Assembly (NCBI GenBank): GCA_027923505.1
Contig: BROI01000002.1
Span: 1,364,001 to 1,428,000 of the forward strand
Direction of reading: 5' to 3'
Source of the DNA: Mayamaea pseudoterrestris
Lineage: Eukaryota
DNA length: 64,000 nucleotides
Numbering within the stretch: position 1 is the first letter of the stretch; every line of letters begins with the position of its first letter. The notes beneath the pieces were generated by a model. The model was not told the DNA's origin. It saw nothing but the letters and a program-made list of their open reading frames with translations, and did not search any database. Made by a program: the position numbers and the translations under genes. This document shows, piece by piece, positions 34,062-44,945 of this stretch.

Positions 34062-34949
34062 ATGCCAGTCAAGAAGGAATCAAAGATAGCTAGGGGTCCC
34101 GCGTCAACGAAACGAGCAATGACTGCTTCGGCGAAACGGAAGAAGCGCCGCGCGAAGCGAAAACGCTCCAGTGCCAAAACAAGTACGACTGCAGCACCAG
34201 TGACGCCTCCTCGAAAGACAATCGATCAGCCAACTGGAGACAAGGTTGGGTATTCTCCCAATTCCCTTGCCAAGTGTCAGTCATGCTTGCGCAAGATTTT
34301 GCAGCAGGAGCCGCGCGTCGGCAAACAAGTTTACTACGCGCCTCGCAAGGCATACTACCACCAATACTACCATCAGGCTTGCTTTGAGCGCGAACAAGTG
34401 GATCAAGTCAACTTATCTCTTCAACTAACATCTGGAAAATCGCTCACTGATGAGTTGGACGAGCAGCGCCAAATGCAAGCTCACGAACGAGCTATATTGC
34501 GGCGTCGATGCGACTTGAAGCAGGCACTCAAGGAACTGCGGTCACTCTTTGCCAGGCGACTGCAGCGGGCACACTTTTTAATCTTCAATGACACTGTGTT
34601 GCACCAACTGATGTTGCGCATGCCGCGCAACAAGGAGGAACTAATGAGTGTGAATGGCTTCAAGGAGAAGCGATATTTAAGCTTCGGCGAGCCAGTGTTG
34701 CAAGTGATTGAACAGTTTCGTGTCAAGTATGAAGCGGGTGACGCGTCGAGAGAAGATGGAAAGCTTTTGCCGCGGGACAGGTTGGGAAGTGTGGCAGTTG
34801 GTCGGACTCGGAATGACGTGATTGTGGTTGACGACAGCGAGGACGACGAAGATGTTGTGGTCGGAGAGACACTTTCCTGCGAAGAGATTGTGAATCGAAA
34901 GTTTGCACATGCGGCTGCCAACAATTATTTGATTACGGTAGATCATTAG
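34062..34949 (+). CDS. PARP-type zinc finger + HRDC protein with basic NLS and acidic SIM-like tail (paralogue 3)
   Basis: 'YSPNSLAKCQSC..I...EPRVG..YYHQACF'; 'FLIFNDTVLHQLMLRMPRNKEELMSVNGFKEKRYLSFGEPVLQVI'; KRKKRRAKRKR; VIVVDDSEDDED. Confidence 0.85.
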   Translation: MPVKKESKIARGPASTKRAMTASAKRKKRRAKRKRSSAKTSTTAAPVTPPRKTIDQPTGDKVGYSPNSLAKCQSCLRKILQQEPRVGKQVYYAPRKAYYHQYYHQACFEREQVDQVNLSLQLTSGKSLTDELDEQRQMQAHERAILRRRCDLKQALKELRSLFARRLQRAHFLIFNDTVLHQLMLRMPRNKEELMSVNGFKEKRYLSFGEPVLQVIEQFRVKYEAGDASREDGKLLPRDRLGSVAVGRTRNDVIVVDDSEDDEDVVVGETLSCEEIVNRKFAHAAANNYLITVDH

Positions 34950-35212
34950 AGAGCAATGTGATGCTGGGCTGGATTACCAAGCGATTTTGACAGTGGAGGT
35001 GCACGGCGGCTATCAAACATTCACATTCAAGCTCATTCATGTGCTACACCTCAAATAGTCCAGGAACGGCTCTGATGATTTGAATTGACCAAATATTGTA
35101 ATACGCGACTCCAAGCGGAACGAGGACGATAATTTCTCCTCGCGTCGAGATTACGACAGTCCCATTGATCGTGACATAACCTGAAATTTACACTCGACTG
35201 AAGAATTGACTA

Positions 35213-35515
35213 ATGTCATCTTTCGCCGATGAACGCTCCGCACTATTGCTGAAACGCAAGGATCTTAAACTCTCACTGCGGGAACTTCGAAAGGTGGTGG
35301 CTGCCAAACTCAAGGTTTCGTTCATGCAAGTTTTTCAAGACTCCACGTTGGCCGACATTGTGGTGCTCATGCCCAAGACCCAGGCGGAACTGGTCAAAAT
35401 CAAGGGTATTGGCCCAAAGAAATACGAACAGTTTGGGATTGACATTTTGGCCCTGTTGGCAGCGTATCGCCCGGAGCATCGAAAGGACATGTGCCAGTCT
35501 GCTCAAAGACGCTAG
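35213..35515 (+). CDS. Stand-alone HRDC domain protein
   Basis: 'LRELRKVVAAKLKVSFMQVFQDSTLADIVVLMPKTQAELVKIKGIGPKKYEQFGIDILALL' is a canonical HRDC pattern. Confidence 0.85.
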   Translation: MSSFADERSALLLKRKDLKLSLRELRKVVAAKLKVSFMQVFQDSTLADIVVLMPKTQAELVKIKGIGPKKYEQFGIDILALLAAYRPEHRKDMCQSAQRR

Positions 35516-35812
35516 CGACAACGCCTCATTCGAATACCAACGTAAGCCATGCGTGCCCCGAATCTGCGTCTCCTTGCCAAGCCGGGGACATTATTGGATG
35601 TAGCCCGCTTCTAGGAGAGAAATTTGCTTAGAGAATGAAGCGGTATGGATAAATAATACGCAATATTTCGGTACAATTTTCTATTTGTCGATTTGACCAT
35701 TCAACCTGTCTCAGTAGGCACTCAATGAAATCTTAATTCTTGTAGCGCTCGCAAGTAGTAGCAGACAATCAATCAAATCTAAACTCTTACAGCGCACGCA
35801 AGTAGCAGACAA

Positions 35813-36898
35813 TCAATCAATTCTAAACTTTTGCAGCGCACGCAAGTACTCGTCATCCAACTTGTTTTCTGCACCAGCCATGTCTCGCGACTGATACGGC
35901 ACGTACTCCGCAACGTTGCGCCACGCCGCTGCGTCCACTTTAATCGCCATTTTCCAGTCGACACTTGCCAAAATGTCACGAACGCTCCGCTCCACAATAT
36001 CCAAGCAAAAGAGTGCTTCCGGTGGTTCCAATACGCCGAGCAAATAGTCGATTTCATCTAGTGCCTCTTGAGCATCGGCCAAGGCGCCGCAGTGTCGCCA
36101 GCCGCAACTTCCCCAGTCGAAGCCAATGGTGGCGCGTGCGTCATGCTGGTTTGGTGTTAGCGAGACGCGGACTTGACTTGACGCAGCTTCCAATTGTGTG
36201 GAAAGTGGTTCCGCGCGCAAAGTGGTGCGCATAGCGTCCCAATCGTTATTCGTAGCGAGCACTTGGAGTTGCTGAACGGTTTGTAAACAATCCAATAGTG
36301 TATGAATACTTGATTTGGTCGCAACATCATTGTCAATAAAATCTGTTTGCGACGACGAGCTCGCCGTCCATCGCGGAACACGTTCCAATCGATGACGCAA
36401 CATGACTTCATTGTAGGAAGGCAGCTCCTGCGTGGCGGCATCAAAGTGATCCAGCAACTGACGTTGCTCGTAGCCAAATCCAAGACCATGAATGGTGGAT
36501 TGCGCAAAAGATGATGATGACGACGTTGCCGTGTGGAGCGACGTGCGATGGCGCGACGGTAAAACAAAGGTGCACGTGACATCCTCCCACGCCAGCAGTA
36601 GCATGGCCATGGCGAAGCACGCCGATATCATTGTAATAATAGGAAGTATGGTATCATTCCATACATTGAAGCTCTGATTGTTTCGTTGAGTTAATTTGGC
36701 GGATGCATTGTACACATTACTACTCGTCAACGATTCCTCTTGTCGTTGTGACGCTGTATGTTGCTTGACCATTGCAAGACCGCCAGAGTCGCGCAAGCGT
36801 TGAGCAGATATACTCGATGCATGAAACGATTTCGTGGGAGTAAGATAAAATGCTGAGTTTGAGCCAATGTAAAGCAAAACGACGCAGAATATCTTCAT
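35813..36898 (-). CDS. Uncharacterised plastid-targeted membrane protein
   Basis: MKIFCVVLLYIGSNSA-F presequence; one TM; 'FDWGSCGWRHCGALADAQE' conserved-looking core. Confidence 0.7.
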   Translation of the reverse strand: MKIFCVVLLYIGSNSAFYLTPTKSFHASSISAQRLRDSGGLAMVKQHTASQRQEESLTSSNVYNASAKLTQRNNQSFNVWNDTILPIITMISACFAMAMLLLAWEDVTCTFVLPSRHRTSLHTATSSSSSFAQSTIHGLGFGYEQRQLLDHFDAATQELPSYNEVMLRHRLERVPRWTASSSSQTDFIDNDVATKSSIHTLLDCLQTVQQLQVLATNNDWDAMRTTLRAEPLSTQLEAASSQVRVSLTPNQHDARATIGFDWGSCGWRHCGALADAQEALDEIDYLLGVLEPPEALFCLDIVERSVRDILASVDWKMAIKVDAAAWRNVAEYVPYQSRDMAGAENKLDDEYLRALQKFRID

Positions 36899-37392
36899 GA
36901 ATCGGAAATCGTGTTGCGTTCCGACAATCCGTCTCATGCTTGGAATGAAGTTGATCAAGGCGCTATTTGAGGCATTGCTAGATCACTATTGATATATTTC
37001 GTCACGAAATTGTATTACTCTGGTAAAACTGATGTCAGTTCAGAGTCAGATGCGGCAAACTGTGATTGTTGTCATGGTGTCGAACGAAAAAGAGTGACTT
37101 GTCACTTTGAGTACCGGTACGATATTCCAAATCGAACCGTCGTCTTTCCCGATGCGACACGCACTCATCGTCCGCTCGTTATCGCAAACGACCATGGCAA
37201 AATAAATGACTTGCAAGCTTCATTGCTCTCGACTGCATGAGCTAAAATATTGTTTTTAATCCTTTGAGCTGTGGAAAGACTGAAATTCGAATATCATCGC
37301 TACGATCATTTAATAAGACCGAAAAACAGCTACGGTAGCCATCATCACTCTCGTCACTTCGCTCATCACTTTGATAACACTGAAACAGCACC

Positions 37393-38046
37393 ATGAACGC
37401 CCACGTTCCGTTTACTCAACAACCCCCATCACGTGGAGCAATGATTGATTCCTGCATTAGCAAATTCCAGGAACTCGGCATCAATCTGGTCGCCATTGAC
37501 TTTGACTGCACCATTGTCGACATTCACACGCACGGCACCTGGACCAAGAGCGTGGCGGAACTGGTGGAGCACGTTCGATCCGAGTTTCGCCTGCTGCTGC
37601 AAGCGTGCTGCGAGCATGACATTCAAGTGGCGATTGTGACATTTAGTGGACAGACCAAGTTGGTGCAGAGTGTCGTGGAAACAGTTGTTGGATTTGACTA
37701 CTTTGCGTCGCATGTGGTGGTGCGAGGAAGGGATCGCTCCTGGACCTATCAAGGCAATGGCATGCATCAGGGCAAGCAGCATTTCATTGCGTCGGCTGTC
37801 GAAGAGCTGGAGCACAAGTTGCAGGCGCAGCGTCGACGCAGACTCTTGCTGGCGGCGAATGGCGAAACATCGCATGGCAGTGATCAAGACAATGCAAGCA
37901 TTCGTCGCATCCACAAGAACACGACAGTTCTCATTGACGATGATACGAACAATATCAAGTGCGCGCTCATGGATGGAACGAGAGCTGTTTGGCTGAATCC
38001 TAAAAAGCCGCATCATATACTAAAAGATCTGGCGCGGTTGGTGTAG
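37393..38046 (+). CDS. HAD-superfamily hydrolase
   Basis: Motif I 'AIDFDCT', motif II 'IVTFS', 'GK', motif IV 'LIDDD..N'. Confidence 0.8.
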   Translation: MNAHVPFTQQPPSRGAMIDSCISKFQELGINLVAIDFDCTIVDIHTHGTWTKSVAELVEHVRSEFRLLLQACCEHDIQVAIVTFSGQTKLVQSVVETVVGFDYFASHVVVRGRDRSWTYQGNGMHQGKQHFIASAVEELEHKLQAQRRRRLLLAANGETSHGSDQDNASIRRIHKNTTVLIDDDTNNIKCALMDGTRAVWLNPKKPHHILKDLARLV

Positions 38047-38177
38047 CTACGGTAGTCCAAGTGATGGAAGCTTGCATATTGAGAGCTTGTCACGACCGAT
38101 TGCAAAACGTTTACGCGTGCATCATCGTTTATCCTAACGTTCATTGCTAGTTAGCAGCAACATTATTATTAGCATTT

Positions 38178-38992
38178 TTAATTGACGTCTCGATCGCGCT
38201 TTTTACTTTGCGGCTTGGGTCCTTTGCCTTCGGCTGCTCCGGAATCGCCAGTCACGCGTCGTCCTCCGTTGTAAAGGCAATAGTATCCACTCGCTGGATC
38301 TTCTTGTCCTTGGAAACCAATCTTTTTCTCCAATCCACTTTCCATGGCAATGGTCTTGGTGTCCACGACGGACCAGGAAGCTCCATCTGTTGATACGTTG
38401 TTTTGCTGCGGACTGTAGCCCCATTCCACCTTGTCCTGCTTGGAAATTTGTAGCGGATGTAGACGACGAGCATGCTGCAAGTAAAAATAGAAAGAAATGT
38501 ATAAGCATCATTCGAGAAATGACATTTCTTGTTGATTATCGACAAGTTTTCAATTGAACTTACATCAGCAATCAACGAACGCTGTCGGGCCACGGCCGCT
38601 GCAATGTTTACGTCACTTGCACTTCGAACCGCTCCAACGGTGAACCATTCGCCATCTGCCTCCCTGCGGACTGCGACATTGACTGTCGTGACCGTTTCTC
38701 CGTCCTTGGGTTTTCCCATGGCCAAGTAGCGATCCCACTGCTGCTTGGGTTTGAGTGACGTAGTAGTCGTAGACGATGGCTTGTCTTTGCTGCCAGCGGA
38801 TCCTCCAAAGCCGCCGCCTCCTGCTGTTGCTGCCTTGAGACTAGTAGCAAAAGAACTCGAAACTGTAATTCTATGTGATGCGACAAAGGCTGTCGCTGGT
38901 GCGGTTGTAAAGGCGTTGCATGGCATGGCTGCGAAGGAAAACCAAAGCACTGCTGATGACAAACAATATGAATTTCGCTTTCGCAGATGCAT
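38178..38992 (-). CDS. Uncharacterised plastid-targeted protein; intron 38475..38563
   Basis: Signal peptide + CNA-FTTAP; GGGGFGG; in-frame GTAAGT...CAG splice gives 'QRSLIAD|HARRLHP'. Confidence 0.75.
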
Positions 38993-39456
38993 GATTGCGT
39001 GTATTGTCAAAATATAATGAGTGGGGCTCGTATATGATAAGAGGAATGTGAAGGAAGCAGCAGCGATCGGATGGGATGAGCTTTGTGATCACATCAGCGA
39101 CAAGAAGATCGTCGGCCATCACGCTCTTCCAGCCACGCGATCGCGATGGTGTAATTCAAAACCGATGTGACGTCTCATCGCGCGTTTCTCGCGAGCCACG
39201 CGATGAAACCGAAACGGCTCTCGGTTAATCTTTGGCCTAACAACCAACCTCTACATATTAATCTTATGTAGAGCAGCAATAACAAGACGGGTTACTATTC
39301 AAACGAATATATAAAAGAGTTAGACTTTAAAAAGGAGATTGATCTGTTGGCTGAGGCTACAAGAACAATTGTAGATTCGATTGGAACGAACTGGATCCTT
39401 ACAACCGAGAGCAGCAGCCCCTCTTCCTCCGATCCTGCTCGCAACGAAGCTTTATC

Positions 39457-42400
39457 ATGAAAACGCATCTGTCACACATGATGCCCGTCTGGAAGGCCTG
39501 TGCCATTCTCGGCAAACCAACTGTCTCGGCGCTCGTGCAAAAGTTGTTGCTGCTTCGAGCTGACGACTACCAAGACGTTGACTTGCATCAGGAGTTACTT
39601 CTCCTGGTGAATGCGCTTTGCTACAATCCACTACTTTCTGAAAAGAATGCCGACGTACCGTTGGAAATTGTTCAAGCCTGCAAGCGCTGGACTAGTTTGA
39701 AGCAATTGTCGCTCGACAAGTACTCGGCGCTGCAGTTTTTGGTGCCGCCGATTGTCCAGCCCCAACCCGGGCCGTCGGGACATCAGGGATTGTTTGACTG
39801 CATTGTCTACGCTATTCAGAATCACTTGCTTACGTCGGGGTCTTCGTACCAGAATCATCATGACAAGGTGGCGGCGGGTGTTATCTTGGTGCCGGATGTG
39901 TTGATTTTGCTGGCGATTTGCAAGGATTATTATGACAGTAGGGAGTTGGGAAAGGTGACTGATATGACGGAAAATATAAAGGAGGAGGAAAGAGAAGAAG
40001 ATAAAGCTTGCGTAAAAGACAATAATCTGGAGTCAACGTCCATTCTCGATCGGACAGAGTCCTCGCCTAAGAAAGACAATGAAAATGCAGCAAGCTCTAC
40101 CATTTCACTCATGGCGCGACTAGCCTATCGCATTTACGACGCTTATCAAAAGAAGGGCAGTGTATCACGCGATACTGTTCATCGCTTTTTGACGGATATT
40201 TACGGCGAAAACTCCTACAAGCAACCTCGCGCTGAGGCACTGCTGGATATTATTTTTGACGATTCCGAGCATGCAGCTGGATGGCTTGGAGCAAACGTTG
40301 GCGAGGACAAGTTTTGTCGACGCGTCTTGGAAACAATGGATCCAAAGCGTCCGTATATACTTTTGGATTGGCTCGCCACGCTGGTTTGCCACATGATTCC
40401 GCCGGCGGAAACGCCAGAGTCAATCCAGGCGTATATGGAGACTCGAAACCGAAAACCCGTTCCACTCTGCGACGCGTACGCCTTGGCGGAGAATCGACTG
40501 TTTGAAATCAAGCGCAAGTTCCACTCCATGGTGCAAACGAGTACGCCAGTGATTCAAGGCGATCCCATGGAGTCGGTTGACGCCAATGAGGAGCAGCAGC
40601 AACCAAAATCGGCAATTACCAAAAAATCGTTTGTGGCGGCAGTTTCGAAAGAAAATGTTGACATGGGGCATGGAGGCTACTTGCCAGAGTCGATTGCAGA
40701 GCTAGTTTTTCGCGTTGGATGTCACGTGCAAAACAATTCGCAGACTGACGAGTCAAAGTCAGTATGGACACTCTACCACGTGCTAAAGTTTGGCTGCACA
40801 GCCGTGCGACTTAACACAACAGCGCCGGAGGATCGCGATTTGCCGCTGCTCCGCTTGCTCTTTGGCATGTTTCAATTAACTGGAAATGATGATATGGAAG
40901 ATGTTGATCGTACCGTTTTGACCAGAGTACAAATAGCCCGAATGGTTTTGCTGTTGGTCGAATATCTTGATTACCGGGCAAAGGCTGATGCTGCGGTCGA
41001 TATGGACGAGAGTGTCAAGACTAAGGAGTATCGTGTGGAGCTTCATGATAATGTTGAAGAGTCGCTTGTCGAGGCTGAAGCTGCAAAGCTATTAGGGCTC
41101 GTGCCTCCTGGTAGTAAAAAGGGCGAGGAATCGCTTTCGCTAGAAAGCATTGTCGATTATATAATGAAAGACTGTCTGGCGCAGGATCAAATGGTTTTTG
41201 ATGAGTTTTATTTATGGAAAATGAAAAAGGCGAAATCGTTTGTGGGGTTGAATTGTCTTGTGACTGAACTCCGACTTGTTGCATCCGTTATGCTCGGTGT
41301 GCCACCTTCTGAAGCGTCGATGGAAGGAATGATTATAGGGGAGCTTGAAGCTCGACACAAGGCAAGATTTCCGCAGACAGAAGTTTCGCGTCGTGGTCCT
41401 AGAGGCACTCTCTGGTATCTCATTGATAGCGGCTGGTTAAAGAACTGGGCCTCACTGATGACGGAAGTTGCGAACACTGTTGACGATCCAAAGGATGGAC
41501 GAGGCGATCCGGTAGCGGAGAGGGTGCGAGGTTTAAAGCGTATCAACAATCGACGACTGCTTATCGAAGGTGGAGGGTTAGAACTGCGGTCAGACATTCA
41601 GTGGAAGCACGATTATGAAATATTGCCACCACTGGCATGGTCGGCGCTTCACGCATGGTATGACGGAGGCCCGCAGATACATCGTTCTGTCGTTAAATAC
41701 CTACCAGGATCAGCGCCGCACCGAAACCAGACTCGTTATCCTACTGAGAACGAGCTCGAGTTGTATCCGTTTTTCGTAACTGTATTTCTTTGCGACGCGC
41801 CGTCACGAGGTGAAGCTCGCCCTTTTCAGCAGAACTACCAAGTCAGTCGAGTGAGCCCAGTCTTTATTATTCACCTTCAGTTGTGTCGAGAGCTTGAAGT
41901 CGATCCGAACAGGGCTAGGTTATGGTACCTTGAAAACGATCCAGAGTCGCAAGCTCCTCCAAATACATCAACGAAGGTGGAATCGAGAGAGAAATTACGA
42001 GGAGATTGGATTTTGGAAGGCGAGCTCAACATACTCGAGCAAAGAAAACGCCGGGGGAGACACAACAACGACGCTACACGGGGTATTCGGTTGTTGCTAG
42101 AGCTGAAGGACGACGAAACAGGTTTTTGGCCTCGCGGAATTGACGGTAGAGATTGGTTATTCAAGGAGAAATCGATTCATGGGCGCAATACTGATCTTGG
42201 CGACGGCATCGTCGGGCTCTATAACATGGGAAACAGCTGCTACATGAATGCAACAATCCAGTGCTTAAGTCACACCCCAATTTTTCGGGAGTATTTTACT
42301 TCACAAGCATATCTGCGAGACATTAATACTAAGAACCCGCTCGGTTTTGAAGGCAAGCTCGCCCATGTCACAGCTGTTCTTATCAACTCAATATGGAAAC

Positions 42401-44652
42401 GAATGAACCAAAGCGCACCGCACCAGCCAAAGCGCGTGAGTGCGCCTGGGTCGTATGCGTTGATAAACGCACCGTCACTGACGCCCAAAACTTTCAAGGA
42501 GTCTCTTGGCAAATTTAAGGAGGAGTTTGCTGGAAACGAGCAGCATGACGCAGAAGAGTTGATGAATTTCCTTCTTGACAAGCTTAACGAAGATTTGAAT
42601 CGAGTCATCGAAAAGCCTTACACTGAGCAGCCCGATTCAGACGGGCGTCCCGATAGCGAAGTGGCTGATATCTGGTGGGAAAATCACCTGAAGCGAGAGC
42701 TATCCATCATTGTCGCTCTCTTTACTGGGCAATATAAAAGTCTTCTTACTTGTCGGCAATGCAAATATGAGAGCGCAAGGTTTGAACCTTATTCGCTTCT
42801 TCAAGTCCCTCTTCCTGAAGACGATCATCATTATATTACGATGGTTGTTTATCCTCGAAAGGAAAATGTTCCGATTATGCGTTACAGTGCTCGGGTGCGA
42901 GCAGATGGAAGGCTACGTGACGTCCTCATTGCTCTCTCCAAGCTGTTACTCGCAGATGAAATTGCAACGAAGAATGACACGGCTGCTGGAGCAACAGATG
43001 GACCCTCGGATACGGAGATCATTGCTCGAGCTCAGGACCTTGCGATTGTTGATTTGCGGGATGGATGTATAGTAAAAATTGCTCCGAATTCATGGCTCTT
43101 ACTGGACCTGCAGAACAAGGAAACAGGAGAACTCCCTGTTTTTCAAGTATACGAACTTGATCCTCTAAGAGGAGCCAGTCTTGAGTATATGCAATCGCAA
43201 ATAGCCAGCAGCAAATCACCGCAGAAGCAGCTTCGACCGGACAGTGGCCAAATGGATTCAGAAATTATTAAACCAATGCCAGCAGAGGACGTCAAACCGA
43301 AATATGGTTTTTTGACAGTTGCGCAGCGACGTCCTGAAGTCTGCTCGCAAGAATTTCTGCATCCTTTCTCACAGCGAGTGTTTGGTACACCAATGCTGCT
43401 TCGTGTTGATAATTTGGACGATCGCACAGGGTCGGACCTGTATGATCTGGTAGCTAAAAGGTTACGAACTTATGTTCCCAAAGCAGCTCAGAAGTTTCTT
43501 TTTGATTCGACTCTTCGGACCGACAATGGGACAACTTCATTGCCTGGTCCGCACCGAACTCTACCTGATGCTGAGGATGTTGCCGGTGGACCAGTTCCGC
43601 GATATGGTTTTCGGTTGCGCCTCACAAGTCGCGATGGCCGTCAGTGCTGCAACTGTCAATGGTACGAATGTTGCATTGGTTGCACCATACCAGACAACAG
43701 CGAGAAGGGTATTGTCATGGACAGTGATAGCTTGGTAGTTGATTGGCACTTCGCAGTTGATATGGCCACTCTTGGCTTTGGTATGCGGTCAAGTCCATTG
43801 GATCCTATATCTCGTCAACCTGCATCGATGAAGCAAAAGCCGAAGCACATAAAAATCTTGAACCATCATTCCGTCGGTGTTGGATCGAAGAATCCTGGGC
43901 CGAGTGGTTCAATCACGCTTGGCGACTGTCTCGATGCCTTTGCTAAGGAAGAGCGTATCTCGGACACATACTGTTCGAAATGCAAGGACTTACGTGTCCA
44001 AACTAAACATATGAGCTTTTGGAAGGTTCCACCCATCTTAATTATTCAATTTAAACGCTTCCAGCACACTCCAACCATGCATCGGAAACTACGCGATCAC
44101 GTTGTATTTCCTGTCGAAGGTCTTGATCTCTCTCGCTTCATGTCCCCGCAGATTAAGCGTCAAGGGAACGGTTTAGAGTCATCGGCAGCTGTCAGCAATC
44201 TTCAGGGGAATGATCAAGAGTCACCAACTGTCACTGGCGACGACTTGGATAGTGAATTTGCAGCGCCTGCCGAGACTACCCCCGCTATCTCTCCACCTCT
44301 TATCGACTCCGCGTCTGATCTCAATAAAGACGACAGTCTATACGATTTGTATGGAGTAGTTCATCATCAGGGTGCAATGTCGACTGGCCACTACGTCGCA
44401 TCAATTAAATCGGAGCTGGACGGTCACTGGCGACTATTTAATGATGCGCAGATATACGAAATTCATGCCCGTGATGTTGTCGACTCGAGTGCTTACATTT
44501 TGTTTTACGTTCGTCGAGATGTTATCAAGGGAAAAACCTTGTCTGACTTTTGGAACGTTCGTGCAGAGGGCGAGGGCATCACCGAGGATGACTTGCAAAA
44601 CTTGTTAAAAGGAGCCGCCAAGGTCGGCGAAAAAAGCTGCACGATAAGTTAA
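39457..44652 (+). CDS. Ubiquitin-specific protease, USP32-like (EF-hand-like region, DUSP, split USP domain, CaaX)
   Basis: Cys box 'GLYNMGNSCYMNATIQCL', 'QHDAEE', His box 'YDLYGVVHHQG..GHYVA..FND'; DUSP 'WYLID..W..W..WYDGGP'; ends CTIS. Confidence 0.92.
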   Translation: MKTHLSHMMPVWKACAILGKPTVSALVQKLLLLRADDYQDVDLHQELLLLVNALCYNPLLSEKNADVPLEIVQACKRWTSLKQLSLDKYSALQFLVPPIVQPQPGPSGHQGLFDCIVYAIQNHLLTSGSSYQNHHDKVAAGVILVPDVLILLAICKDYYDSRELGKVTDMTENIKEEEREEDKACVKDNNLESTSILDRTESSPKKDNENAASSTISLMARLAYRIYDAYQKKGSVSRDTVHRFLTDIYGENSYKQPRAEALLDIIFDDSEHAAGWLGANVGEDKFCRRVLETMDPKRPYILLDWLATLVCHMIPPAETPESIQAYMETRNRKPVPLCDAYALAENRLFEIKRKFHSMVQTSTPVIQGDPMESVDANEEQQQPKSAITKKSFVAAVSKENVDMGHGGYLPESIAELVFRVGCHVQNNSQTDESKSVWTLYHVLKFGCTAVRLNTTAPEDRDLPLLRLLFGMFQLTGNDDMEDVDRTVLTRVQIARMVLLLVEYLDYRAKADAAVDMDESVKTKEYRVELHDNVEESLVEAEAAKLLGLVPPGSKKGEESLSLESIVDYIMKDCLAQDQMVFDEFYLWKMKKAKSFVGLNCLVTELRLVASVMLGVPPSEASMEGMIIGELEARHKARFPQTEVSRRGPRGTLWYLIDSGWLKNWASLMTEVANTVDDPKDGRGDPVAERVRGLKRINNRRLLIEGGGLELRSDIQWKHDYEILPPLAWSALHAWYDGGPQIHRSVVKYLPGSAPHRNQTRYPTENELELYPFFVTVFLCDAPSRGEARPFQQNYQVSRVSPVFIIHLQLCRELEVDPNRARLWYLENDPESQAPPNTSTKVESREKLRGDWILEGELNILEQRKRRGRHNNDATRGIRLLLELKDDETGFWPRGIDGRDWLFKEKSIHGRNTDLGDGIVGLYNMGNSCYMNATIQCLSHTPIFREYFTSQAYLRDINTKNPLGFEGKLAHVTAVLINSIWKRMNQSAPHQPKRVSAPGSYALINAPSLTPKTFKESLGKFKEEFAGNEQHDAEELMNFLLDKLNEDLNRVIEKPYTEQPDSDGRPDSEVADIWWENHLKRELSIIVALFTGQYKSLLTCRQCKYESARFEPYSLLQVPLPEDDHHYITMVVYPRKENVPIMRYSARVRADGRLRDVLIALSKLLLADEIATKNDTAAGATDGPSDTEIIARAQDLAIVDLRDGCIVKIAPNSWLLLDLQNKETGELPVFQVYELDPLRGASLEYMQSQIASSKSPQKQLRPDSGQMDSEIIKPMPAEDVKPKYGFLTVAQRRPEVCSQEFLHPFSQRVFGTPMLLRVDNLDDRTGSDLYDLVAKRLRTYVPKAAQKFLFDSTLRTDNGTTSLPGPHRTLPDAEDVAGGPVPRYGFRLRLTSRDGRQCCNCQWYECCIGCTIPDNSEKGIVMDSDSLVVDWHFAVDMATLGFGMRSSPLDPISRQPASMKQKPKHIKILNHHSVGVGSKNPGPSGSITLGDCLDAFAKEERISDTYCSKCKDLRVQTKHMSFWKVPPILIIQFKRFQHTPTMHRKLRDHVVFPVEGLDLSRFMSPQIKRQGNGLESSAAVSNLQGNDQESPTVTGDDLDSEFAAPAETTPAISPPLIDSASDLNKDDSLYDLYGVVHHQGAMSTGHYVASIKSELDGHWRLFNDAQIYEIHARDVVDSSAYILFYVRRDVIKGKTLSDFWNVRAEGEGITEDDLQNLLKGAAKVGEKSCTIS

Positions 44653-44945
44653 AATGTACAGCATACCTCTAGAGCTACAAACTACTCTCGAGTGCTGGTT
44701 ATCATCGTGTTACTCGTGCTCCCCTCATCACTCACAAACGAAATCGCTCATAAGATTACAACGTTCAATGCATAGCGAGCTTGCTGCGGTTGACTGTTCA
44801 CTCCGTCGCAAGTGTTGCATTGTCGTGCATTGCCAAATATTTGTACGCTTTAATAGTAGAATGATAATACAAGACATAAATTACACGAGCGAACTTTGTA
44901 GTCCACGCTTAAGCGACAGCGATTTGCAGTCATTTACTCTTCACA

